Source: an uncultured Candidatus Saccharibacteria bacterium (GTDB taxonomy: Bacteria > Patescibacteriota > Minisyncoccia > Minisyncoccales > GBS-2). Taken from it: 64,000 nucleotides of DNA. Location: the NCBI GenBank assembly GCA_964593405.1, contig CAZQIO010000001.1:2263-66262 (forward strand), given 5' to 3'. The notes under the pieces were generated by a model. It worked only from the letters and a program-made list of their open reading frames with translations. It searched no databases and was not told the DNA's origin. A program made the position numbers and the translations under genes. Positions 46,890-55,578 of the stretch are shown piece after piece. Numbering within the stretch: position 1 is the first letter of the stretch; every line of letters starts with the position of its first letter.

Positions 46890-47187
46890 TGGAGATGGCG
46901 GGATTCGAACCCGCGTCTGGGGGTTGACCTGGGTCTCCCTCTACGGCTATAGTCGATTTTTTAGTCTATCTGGAATACTAGTAAATCGACAAACCTAGTA
47001 TTCCACTCAAAGAAATAAAGAACAACCCCCTCAACTATGACACCTGTTCCCTAACCGAGGGGATTTAGGGACAGGCGCTTGTCTACCCGATAATTAAGCG
47101 TAGACAAGAGCAGGAGTTTGTGTGGCAGGATTTTTGGCCGCCAGAAACCCAGGTTCCTTTCCCCCATCGATTCCAAAAACCATCCCC
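46890..47187 (-). ncRNA. ssrA: tmRNA (ssrA), ~298 nt
   Basis: 5' GGGGAUGGUUUUUGGAAUCGAUGGGGG... The 3' end is ...GCGGG-UUCGAAU-CCCGC-CAUCUCC-A. The acceptor pairs with a G3:U wobble (alanine identity). Candidate tag ORF ...GCU CUU GUC UAC GCU UAA. Adjacent to smpB. Confidence 0.65.
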
Positions 47188-47226
47188 TTTTTACAAACTT
47201 TATTTGGTCTTTCACCGCAACAGCGA

Positions 47227-47685
47227 TTATCTTTTCAAAAAATATTCTTTCAAGGTTCTCTGAATTTCTTTTTCTATTTCCTTCTTTTTTTTCTCTTCTT
47301 TTTTTGAGACCTTCTTTTTTCTTTTGCCAACACCAAATTCCAACTTTATTTTACCACCTTTTACATAAAGACGCAAGGGAACAAGGGTTACACCTTTTTG
47401 TTTTGATTTTCCAGCTAAATATTTAATTTCAGATTTTTTCAACAAAAGCTTCCTTTCTCTTTGAACATCATAATTGCCCCCGATGTTTTTTGGCTGCCAG
47501 GGAATGATCGTTGCCCCTACCCAAAAAGCCTCCCCACCTTTAATGACAACATAAGTTCCCAGAAGGCTTGTTCCTTGCGATTTTAAGGTTTTTACCTCTT
47601 GACCAAAAAGTGAAATACCAGCTTCGAACTTTTCCAAAATTTCATAATCAAAATAAGCCTTTTTGTTTTCACTCAAAATTTTCAT
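47227..47685 (-). CDS. smpB: SsrA-binding protein SmpB
   Basis: KKAYFDYEILEKFEAGISLFGQEVKTLK ... Lys-rich C-tail. Confidence 0.9.
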   Translation of the reverse strand: MKILSENKKAYFDYEILEKFEAGISLFGQEVKTLKSQGTSLLGTYVVIKGGEAFWVGATIIPWQPKNIGGNYDVQRERKLLLKKSEIKYLAGKSKQKGVTLVPLRLYVKGGKIKLEFGVGKRKKKVSKKEEKKKKEIEKEIQRTLKEYFLKR

Positions 47686-47726
47686 TCTTTCATTGTAAAA
47701 AAAAGTTTGATAATTTTGAAATATGT

Positions 47727-49331
47727 ATGGTCAGAGAAAAAATTAAAAATTTAATTGCCAAAAGCTTGAAAAATCTTCAAAAAAGAGCCATTTTGCCACC
47801 ATTTGAATTTTCAAAAACCCAAATCGAAATTGAAAAGCCAAAATTTGCTTTTCAGGGTGATTATTCCACAACGTTAGCCTTTGTCTTGGCCAAAAAACTT
47901 GAAAAAAAACCAGAAGAAATTGGCCAATTTTTGAAATCTGAAATAGAAAAAGAAAAAGTTTTTGAAAAGGTAGAAGTAGTCAAACCTGGTTTTGTTAATT
48001 TTTTTCTTTCAAGAGAATATCTTCAAGAAAAATTAAAAGAAATCCTCAAAGAAGGCGAAAAATTTGGCCGGGCAAAGAAAAGAAAAGGAAAAAAAGTTCA
48101 GGTTGAATTCATTTCTGCCAACCCAACTAGTCAATTGCACATTGGAAACGGAAGAGGAGCTTTTTTTGGCGATGTTTTGGCAAACGTTCTTGAAATGGCA
48201 GGTTTTGATGTGGAAAGAGAATATTTTATTAACGATGCCAAAACGAACACTCAAATTAGACTTTTGGGACAGACTGCCTTAGGCAAGGGGACTGCCTATT
48301 TGAATGAATATCTCAAAGAAAAAATTAAAAAGCTTCAATCAAAATTGAAAAAAATCTCAGATGAAAGAGAAGCTGGCTATTTGCTTGCTCAAGAAATCCA
48401 AAAGGATAACAAAAAATTTATCGAAACAAAATTAAAGATCAAATTCGATAATTGGGTTTCAGAAGAGAAACTTTACAAAATAGGAAAGGTAAAGAAAGTT
48501 TACGAAATTTTAAAAAAAGAAGGATTGGTTTACAAAAAAGAAGGGGCAGAGTGGTTGAAAATTTCGGCCTTTGGAGCTCCAAAAGATGAAGTTATAATCA
48601 GGAGGGACGGTAACCCAACCTATTTTCTTTCAGACATTGCCTACCATAAAGACAAGTTTGAGCGAGGTTATCACAAAATTATCAATATTTGGGGGGCAGA
48701 CCATCAGGGCCATGTACCAAAAATTAAGGCAATAGCTAAAATTTTTGGCTTTCGGGGAGAATTGGAAATTTTGATTTCTCAACTGGTAAGATTAAAAGGT
48801 GGTCAAAAAATGTCAAAGAGAAAAGGAGAAATTGTTACCCTTGAAGAATTGATCGACGAAGTCGGTTTGGATGTAGCAAGATTCTTTTATTTAACAAAAT
48901 CTTTAGATTCTCAAATGGAGTTTGATTTAGAATTGGCTAAAGAACAATCAGAAAAGAATCCGGTTTACTACATCCAATACGCTCACACTAGAATTTGTGG
49001 AATCTTGAGAAAATGCAAAAAAATCGAACTGAAAAAATCTGACCTGAGAAATCTCAAATTTTTGAACCATCCCAGCGAAATAAACCTTATTAAGCAATTA
49101 ATCAGACTTCCAGAAATTGTCGAAGACACGGCCAAAGATTATCAAATTCAGAGAATTCCTCAATATGCCCTAGATTTAGCAAGTTCTTTTCATCATTTTT
49201 ACAAAGAATGCCGCGTATTAGAAGAAAAAGAAAACTTAAAAAAAGCACGACTCTTTTTGTGTTTGGCTACAAAAACAGTTTTAAAAAACGTTTTAAACTT
49301 AATGGGAATTTCAGCCCCAAAGAAAATGTAA
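47727..49331 (+). CDS. argS: arginyl-tRNA synthetase
   Basis: Add-1 N-domain, HIGH variant ANPTSQLHIGNGRGA, KMSK variant QKMSKRKG, and a DALR anticodon-binding C-terminus. Start at the ATG MVREKIKNL; the track's 47568 start overlaps smpB. Confidence 0.85.
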   Translation: MVREKIKNLIAKSLKNLQKRAILPPFEFSKTQIEIEKPKFAFQGDYSTTLAFVLAKKLEKKPEEIGQFLKSEIEKEKVFEKVEVVKPGFVNFFLSREYLQEKLKEILKEGEKFGRAKKRKGKKVQVEFISANPTSQLHIGNGRGAFFGDVLANVLEMAGFDVEREYFINDAKTNTQIRLLGQTALGKGTAYLNEYLKEKIKKLQSKLKKISDEREAGYLLAQEIQKDNKKFIETKLKIKFDNWVSEEKLYKIGKVKKVYEILKKEGLVYKKEGAEWLKISAFGAPKDEVIIRRDGNPTYFLSDIAYHKDKFERGYHKIINIWGADHQGHVPKIKAIAKIFGFRGELEILISQLVRLKGGQKMSKRKGEIVTLEELIDEVGLDVARFFYLTKSLDSQMEFDLELAKEQSEKNPVYYIQYAHTRICGILRKCKKIELKKSDLRNLKFLNHPSEINLIKQLIRLPEIVEDTAKDYQIQRIPQYALDLASSFHHFYKECRVLEEKENLKKARLFLCLATKTVLKNVLNLMGISAPKKM

Positions 49332-49373
49332 AAATTTCTTGCAATTTTTTCCAGAGTTGCTATTCTAAAAAGT

Positions 49374-52300
49374 ATGGAACCAAATTTTCCACAAATAGAA
49401 AAACAAATACTTAATTTTTGGAAGAAAAATTCAATTTTTGAAAAAAGTCTCAAAGGAAAGAAAAAAAACTTTATCTTTTACGAAGGGCCACCAACAGTTA
49501 ATGCTCCTCCCGGTCTCCATCATGTCTTGTCTCGAGTTTACAAAGATATAATCTGTCGCTACAAGACAATGCAGGGCTTTAAAGTGGAAAGAAAGGCAGG
49601 CTGGGATACTCACGGCCTTCCGGTTGAGCTTCAGATAGAAAAAAAGTTGGGAATCAAAATAAAAAAGGAGATTGAAAAAATTGGAATAAAAAAATTCAAC
49701 GCCGAATGCAAAAAATCAGTTTTTGCCTATAAAAAAGATTGGGAAAATATGACAGAAAGGATTGGATTTTGGTTGGACCTCAAAAACCCTTATGTTACTT
49801 TCTATCCAGAATACATTGAGTCTTTGTGGTTTATTTTGAAAAAAATCTGGGAAAAAAAGCTTTTGTATCAGGATTTTAAAGTCACAGCCTTTTGTCCAAG
49901 ATGCGGCACCAGTTTATCAACTCATGAAGTTGCTTTAGGTTACAAAAAAGTCAAAGAACCAGCAATATATGTGAAGTTCAAAGTTTTAGACTCAGAATTC
50001 GAAAATACCTTTTTGTTAATTTGGACAACCACCCCCTGGACTTTACCAGGGAACGTGGCCGTAGCGGTCAATCCCCAATTCACTTATGTACTTTTTGAAC
50101 ACCACCCAACGAAAGAAAATCTGATCGTAGCAAAAGAAAGGCTTGAAAAGTTAGGAGAAAAGGGAGAGGTAAAAAAAGAATTTAAGGGCAAAGATTTGGT
50201 TGGTCTCAAATATCAAGCACCGTTTAATTTTTATCAGCCAGATCCCGACAAAGATAGAATGTTTGAGGTAATAGCTGGAGATTTTGTGAGCCTCGAAGAA
50301 GGAACGGGTTTAGTCCACATAGCTCCAGCTTTTGGTGAGGAAGATTTAGATTTGATTAAGAAAGAAAATTCAAAAAACAAAGGAAAAAAATTCCCAATCT
50401 TAATTAACGTTGACCAAGAAGGAAAATTCAAACCCGAAGTTCAAAAATGGGCAGGCCTTTTTGTTAAAGATGCCGATTCTGGCATCATTCAAGATTTGAA
50501 AGAAAGAGGTCTTTTGCTCAAAGAAGAACTTTATGAACACGATTACCCCTTTTGTTGGAGGTGTTCTACTCCTCTTTTGTACTACGCAAAAAAAAGTTGG
50601 TTTATTGGAGTAACAAAAGTTAAAAGAAATTTAATTGCCAATAACAAAAAGATCAATTGGGTGCCAGAGTTTATTGGAAAGGGAAGGTTTGGTGAATGGT
50701 TGAGGGAAGTAAAAGACTGGAATCTTTCTAGAGAAAGATATTGGGGAACACCATTGCCAGTTTGGAAGTGCCTAAAGTGCGGCAATGAAATTGTTATAGG
50801 CTCTAGGGCAGATTTGTTAGAGCAAAAATTCTCCACCAATAAATATTTGATTTTAAGACATGGCGAATCAAAAATGAACGTTAAAAAAATTTTAATTTCT
50901 ACTTTACCAGAAAAAGTGGCCTGCCCCCTCACTGAAAGAGGAAAAGCGCAAATTTTCCAAGCAGCAAAAAAGTTGAAAAAAGAAAAAATTGACCTAATTT
51001 TCTCTTCTGACCTTTTGAGAGCGAGGCAAACTGCAGAAATTGTTGCTAAAATTACTGGAGCAAAAATAATTTTCGACAAAAGATTAAGAGACATTCAGGG
51101 AGGAATTTTTGAAGGAGAAAGAATCGAAAAATTTCTTGCCTTTTGGAAAAGTTATGAAGAAAAATATACAAAAAGACCCCAAAAAGGAGAAAATTATCAA
51201 GACGTCAAAAAGCGAATGATTAAGGTAATTGAAGATTTAGAAAGAAAATATCAAGGAAAGACAATTCTCATTGTTTCCCATCAAAGACCTTTGGCAATGC
51301 TTGAAGGAGCAATGAAAGGATTTTTGATAGATGAGTTCGAAAAATTCATAGAGCCAAACTTAATCAAAACTGGCGAAATAAGAGAAATTGAATATAAAAA
51401 ATTCCCTTACAACGAAAAAGGAGAATTAGATTTTCATCGACCTTACGTTGACGAAATAAAGTTTTTCTGTCCAAAATGCCAAGGAAAAATGGAAAGAGTT
51501 GCAGAAGTTGTAGATTGCTGGTTTGATTCTGGAGCTATGCCTTTTGCCCAGTATCATTGGCCATTTGAAGGAAAATTCAAGCCTTCTTTTAAAAACCAAA
51601 AACTCAAACCGCCAAAACTGTTTCCAGCAGATTATATTTCAGAAGCTGTCGATCAAACCAGAGGGTGGTTTTACACTCTTTTGGCAGTTTCAACACTTTT
51701 GGGTTTCGGCCCTCCTTACAAAAATGTTGTTTCCCTCGGTCACGTTTTGGATGAGAAAGGAGAGAAAATGTCAAAATCGAAAGGTAATGTTGTCGATCCA
51801 TTTTACATTGTAGAAAAGTATGGAGCCGATGCCATCCGTTGGTACTTTTTCACTGTTAATCAACCTTGGGACGCCAAGCTTTTCTCTGAAAAAGATGTCC
51901 TTTCTGTTTTAAGAAGGTTTATTTTAACTCTTTGGAATTCTCATTTGTTCTTGAAAACCTACGTTCCAAAAACAAAAATAAAGAAAACAGAAAAATCAAA
52001 AAACGTTTTAGATAGATGGATTGTTTCTAGGTTAAATAGATTAATTTTGGAAACAACTCAACTTTTGGAAAAATATCAAATAACAAAAGCTGCTACCTTA
52101 ATCGAAAATTTTGTCGTCAATGACCTTTCTTTATGGTACATTAGAAGATCTCGAAAAAGATTTCAAAATCCAAAAACCAAAAAAGAATTTACGGAAGCTG
52201 CCGAAACCCTCTCTTTTGTTTTGTTGACCTTGGCTAAAATTTTAGCTCCCTTTATTCCCTTTTTAGCTGAGAAAATTTTCAAAGATTTAACTAACAAAAC

Positions 52301-52853
52301 AAAAGCTTCCGTTCATTTGGAAAAATGGCCAAGACCAAATTTAAAAGCAATCGATAGGAAATTAGAAGAAAAAATGGAAAAAGTAAGAGAAATAATCAGC
52401 CAGGCTTTAGCTGAAAGGGCAAAGACAAAGATTAAAGTAAGACAACCACTCAATCGATTGACTATTCCAGATAAAACAATCTATAAAGAAAAGAGCCTTT
52501 TAGAATTAATTAAAGAAGAAGTGAATGTTAAAGAAGTTATCGTTGGAGAGAAATTGGAATTGGACCTTTCAATTACCCCAGAATTAAAAGAAGAAGGATT
52601 GGCGAGAGAATTGATAAGACAGGTGCAGCAAATGAGAAAAGAAATGGGCCTTTTCCCAAAAAATAAAACAAAAATTTACTTTTTTGCTCAAGAAAATTTA
52701 GAAAGAATTGTTGAAAAGTACAAAAAGGAAATATTACTCCAAACAAAGAGTAAAGAGATTCTTTGGCAATTGCCTCCAAAAAACTCTTTCCAAAAAGAGG
52801 TAAAGGTCAATGACTCTTTAATAAAAATTGGATTGGTGAAATATGGTGTTTAA
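49374..52853 (+). CDS. ileS: isoleucyl-tRNA synthetase with an inserted histidine-phosphatase (PGM-like) domain at ~50829-51431
   Basis: HH (HIGH variant PPGLHH), CP1 editing domain, KMSKSKGN, and Zn knuckles CLKCG/CPKCQG. Between the two CxxC pairs sits ~200 aa with LILRHGES (RHG catalytic His), an RARQT-like motif and SHQRPL (second His). Confidence 0.9.
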   Translation: MEPNFPQIEKQILNFWKKNSIFEKSLKGKKKNFIFYEGPPTVNAPPGLHHVLSRVYKDIICRYKTMQGFKVERKAGWDTHGLPVELQIEKKLGIKIKKEIEKIGIKKFNAECKKSVFAYKKDWENMTERIGFWLDLKNPYVTFYPEYIESLWFILKKIWEKKLLYQDFKVTAFCPRCGTSLSTHEVALGYKKVKEPAIYVKFKVLDSEFENTFLLIWTTTPWTLPGNVAVAVNPQFTYVLFEHHPTKENLIVAKERLEKLGEKGEVKKEFKGKDLVGLKYQAPFNFYQPDPDKDRMFEVIAGDFVSLEEGTGLVHIAPAFGEEDLDLIKKENSKNKGKKFPILINVDQEGKFKPEVQKWAGLFVKDADSGIIQDLKERGLLLKEELYEHDYPFCWRCSTPLLYYAKKSWFIGVTKVKRNLIANNKKINWVPEFIGKGRFGEWLREVKDWNLSRERYWGTPLPVWKCLKCGNEIVIGSRADLLEQKFSTNKYLILRHGESKMNVKKILISTLPEKVACPLTERGKAQIFQAAKKLKKEKIDLIFSSDLLRARQTAEIVAKITGAKIIFDKRLRDIQGGIFEGERIEKFLAFWKSYEEKYTKRPQKGENYQDVKKRMIKVIEDLERKYQGKTILIVSHQRPLAMLEGAMKGFLIDEFEKFIEPNLIKTGEIREIEYKKFPYNEKGELDFHRPYVDEIKFFCPKCQGKMERVAEVVDCWFDSGAMPFAQYHWPFEGKFKPSFKNQKLKPPKLFPADYISEAVDQTRGWFYTLLAVSTLLGFGPPYKNVVSLGHVLDEKGEKMSKSKGNVVDPFYIVEKYGADAIRWYFFTVNQPWDAKLFSEKDVLSVLRRFILTLWNSHLFLKTYVPKTKIKKTEKSKNVLDRWIVSRLNRLILETTQLLEKYQITKAATLIENFVVNDLSLWYIRRSRKRFQNPKTKKEFTEAAETLSFVLLTLAKILAPFIPFLAEKIFKDLTNKTKASVHLEKWPRPNLKAIDRKLEEKMEKVREIISQALAERAKTKIKVRQPLNRLTIPDKTIYKEKSLLELIKEEVNVKEVIVGEKLELDLSITPELKEEGLARELIRQVQQMRKEMGLFPKNKTKIYFFAQENLERIVEKYKKEILLQTKSKEILWQLPPKNSFQKEVKVNDSLIKIGLVKYGV

Positions 52854-53154
52854 ACAATTAAAAGAGTTGATAATCTCACCATATGAAGGATATGAAATCA
52901 CAGAACATCTTTTAGAGGAAGATAGGAAAAAATTGGCAGATGGTTTGGGAAAATTTTTGAAATCGCTGAAAAATTTCTTTGGAGAACCAGACCAAATGGA
53001 AGTGACCAAAGATGATATACAAAAACTTATCGAATATTTTAGAGGTTATCCTAGCCAAAGAGATAATTTTATTAAAGGATTGCGCCTTTCAACAGAATTA
53101 CATCCAGCAAGATTGGAAAGAATTTTGCAAAGATTGCTTGAGAAAATTTCTTGA
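52843..53154 (+). CDS. hypothetical protein (103 aa)
   Basis: ORF overlapping the ileS end by 11 nt. Confidence 0.3.
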   Translation: MVFKQLKELIISPYEGYEITEHLLEEDRKKLADGLGKFLKSLKNFFGEPDQMEVTKDDIQKLIEYFRGYPSQRDNFIKGLRLSTELHPARLERILQRLLEKIS

Positions 53155-53167
53155 ATTTTCCCAAAAT

Positions 53168-53917
53168 ATGTTTGTGAGGGAAAGGACTGTTGGGTTGATT
53201 TTTCAAAAGAAGGAATTTAGGGAAGCAGATCAAATAATTTCTGTTTTTTCCCAAGACTTTGGAAGGATAGAAGTTCTTTGCAAAGGGATTAGGAAAATTG
53301 CCTCAAAATTAAAGTATGGAATAGAAATTTTTTATCTTAGCGAAATCGAAACTGTTAAAGGATATTATTCGAGAATTCTTACAGATGTTCAAGTGGTCGA
53401 AAAATTTTCTCAAATCAGAAAAAATTTGGCCAGATTGTCGATTGCTTATCAAATTTCCGAAGTTTTGGATGGTTTGATCAAAGAGTCAGAAAGAGAAGAG
53501 AAAATTTGGAATTTGCTTTTGAACACTTTTTCTATTTTGAACAATCAAAATCTCAACTTAACAATTTGCCATTTAAGTTTTTACTATTTTTTTTGGAATT
53601 TGGTTAACGTTTTGGGGTTTGGGCCAAGGCTAAAAAATTGTGTTTTTTGTCAAAAAAGAATTTTAAACCATTTAATTTATTTTTCGGCAGAGGATGGCGG
53701 AGTGGTTTGTAAAGAATGTTTTTTAACACAAAAAAAAGGAGAAAGGGTTTCTCAAAGGTTGATTAAGTTTTTAAGAGCCTTTCTTGAGTTTGAGTTTGAT
53801 CTGATTAAAAAAGTGAAAGTAAAAAAAAGCGATTTTGCGGAAATGAAAACGATTACCAAAAGATATTTTCAAAACCTAATCGAAAAACACTATGCGAGTT
53901 CGAATTCGAATTTTTAA
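53168..53917 (+). CDS. recO: DNA repair protein RecO
   Basis: N-terminal OB fold (GLIFQKKEFREADQIISVFSQDFGRIEVLCKGIRK) and a C-terminal Zn finger CVFCQ...CKEC. Start at the ATG MFVRER. Confidence 0.7.
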   Translation: MFVRERTVGLIFQKKEFREADQIISVFSQDFGRIEVLCKGIRKIASKLKYGIEIFYLSEIETVKGYYSRILTDVQVVEKFSQIRKNLARLSIAYQISEVLDGLIKESEREEKIWNLLLNTFSILNNQNLNLTICHLSFYYFFWNLVNVLGFGPRLKNCVFCQKRILNHLIYFSAEDGGVVCKECFLTQKKGERVSQRLIKFLRAFLEFEFDLIKKVKVKKSDFAEMKTITKRYFQNLIEKHYASSNSNF

Positions 53918-55568
53918 TCTTTTGATTTTAATTTTTCTTTTTCTTTCTGGCCTTTCTTTTTTTATCTGGCAAAGGAACGTTTATTCTAAAGAAAGCTTAA
54001 AATTGGAAATTTTAGGGCCTAGCGAGGCTGTTTTTGGTGAAGAAGTGGAATATATTGTAAAATACAAAAATAACGGTCATTTTAGACTGGAGGAACCAGA
54101 ATTGATTTTTGATCCTCCAGAAAATTCTTTAAAAGATGGAGAAATTGCCAAAAGAGAAATTTTAACCTCAGAAAAATTGGGTTTTGCCATTTATCCTGGT
54201 GAAGAAAATTCCTTTTCGTTTAGAGTGAAACTTTATGGCAAAGAGGGAGAAGTCAAAATAGCCAAAGCCACTTTAAATTATCGGCCAAAAAATTTAAAAG
54301 CCAAATACACTTCAAAAACTACTTTAACTACTAAAATCAAATCTGTTCCAATTACTTTTGAGTTCGATTTACCATCAAAAGTTGAGCCTGGGAAAAAATT
54401 CACCTTTAATCTCAATTATTTTTCTAACGTTGAACAACTTTTAGAAAATTTAAGAATTCAAATTGAGTATCCAAAAGAGTTTGAATTTATAGATTCAAAA
54501 CCAAAAGCGATTGAACAGTCAGAGTGGGAAGTGCCAGTTTTAAATAAATTTGAAGGAGGGAGAATTGAAATTTCAGGAAGAATTTTTGGAGAGGAAGGAA
54601 CTGCTAAAGTTTTCAAGGGAAAATTGGGAATTTTAATAGGAGAAAACTTAATAATTTTGAAAACAGCCGAAAAGGGAGTGGAAATTGTTAAGCCATCAAT
54701 TTTTATCAGACAAGAAATTAATGGCAACCCTCAGTATGTAGCCGCACCCGGAGAATGGCTCCATTATACAATCTTTTTCAAAAATATAGGAGATGAAGAG
54801 ATGACAAATTTAATTTTGATTTCAAAATTAGAAGGAGAGGCTTTTGATTTTCAAACGATCAAAACAGAGTTGGGAGAAGCAAGGGCAGGCGACAATTCAG
54901 TTGTTTTTGATTGGAGGAAAGTTCCCAAGTTACAATATTTAGCACCAACGGAAGAGGGATCGGTTGAGTTTTGGATAAGATTAAAGGATGAGATAGGGAA
55001 CGTTAAAAACCCGGTTTTAAAAAATAAAGTATTCATCGGTCAGGCAAAAGAAGAATTTATTACTAAAATTTCATCAAAAGTTGAACTTTTCCAATTTGGT
55101 TATTATTATGATGAAATATTCGGAAATTCAGGACCTCTTCCTCCAAAAGTTGGGGAGAGTACGACCTATACAATCGTGTGGGAGATAAAAAATTATTATT
55201 CAGATTTGAACGATGTTAAAGTTAAGGCCAAATTGCCATCTTTTGTCAGTCTAACCGGAAAGGTTTTTCCTCAAGAAATGGCCTCAAAGTTTTCCTTCGA
55301 TCCAGAATCTAGGGAAATAGTCTGGGCAATCGGAAATCTAGAACGGGGAAAAGGAGTTTTGAGCCCCCCTCTTACTCTTGCCTTCCAAGTGATTTTTTCA
55401 CCTACTCCAGAACAAGTGGGAACTAGTCCAGAAATAATTAACGAAGCCAAACTCATTAGTGAAGATAGCTGGACAGGAAGGATTTTGGAAGCTAGCGCAA
55501 AAGCAATAACCACTAAATTAACAGATGACCCCATGATGCGGCCAGAATTTGGTGTTGTTGTTAAATAA
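53892..55568 (+). CDS. exported/membrane-anchored large beta-repeat protein (DUF11/CARDB-like)
   Basis: N-terminal TM or signal (LLILIFLFLSGLSFFIW), then repeated beta-rich segments. Confidence 0.4.
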   Translation: MRVRIRIFNLLILIFLFLSGLSFFIWQRNVYSKESLKLEILGPSEAVFGEEVEYIVKYKNNGHFRLEEPELIFDPPENSLKDGEIAKREILTSEKLGFAIYPGEENSFSFRVKLYGKEGEVKIAKATLNYRPKNLKAKYTSKTTLTTKIKSVPITFEFDLPSKVEPGKKFTFNLNYFSNVEQLLENLRIQIEYPKEFEFIDSKPKAIEQSEWEVPVLNKFEGGRIEISGRIFGEEGTAKVFKGKLGILIGENLIILKTAEKGVEIVKPSIFIRQEINGNPQYVAAPGEWLHYTIFFKNIGDEEMTNLILISKLEGEAFDFQTIKTELGEARAGDNSVVFDWRKVPKLQYLAPTEEGSVEFWIRLKDEIGNVKNPVLKNKVFIGQAKEEFITKISSKVELFQFGYYYDEIFGNSGPLPPKVGESTTYTIVWEIKNYYSDLNDVKVKAKLPSFVSLTGKVFPQEMASKFSFDPESREIVWAIGNLERGKGVLSPPLTLAFQVIFSPTPEQVGTSPEIINEAKLISEDSWTGRILEASAKAITTKLTDDPMMRPEFGVVVK

Positions 55569-55578
55569 AATTAAAAAC

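Noticed and set aside
47118-47426. Plus-strand ORFs 47118..47426 and 47122..47307
   Set aside because: They lie antisense to the tmRNA and smpB and have low-complexity Phe/Leu/Ser content. Spurious.
47568-47726. Track ORF start at 47568 for argS
   Set aside because: This would overlap smpB on the opposite strand by >100 nt. The ATG at 47727 (MVREKIKNL) gives a normal ArgRS N-terminus and a short divergent intergenic gap.
49374-52853. Intein in IleRS as explanation for the extra ~200 aa
   Set aside because: The insert begins KFSTNKYLILRHGES and ends ...FPYNEKGELD-FHRPY. There is no Cys/Ser/Thr at the N-junction, no His-Asn followed by C/S/T at the C-junction and no endonuclease motifs. Instead it has an RHG histidine-phosphatase signature.
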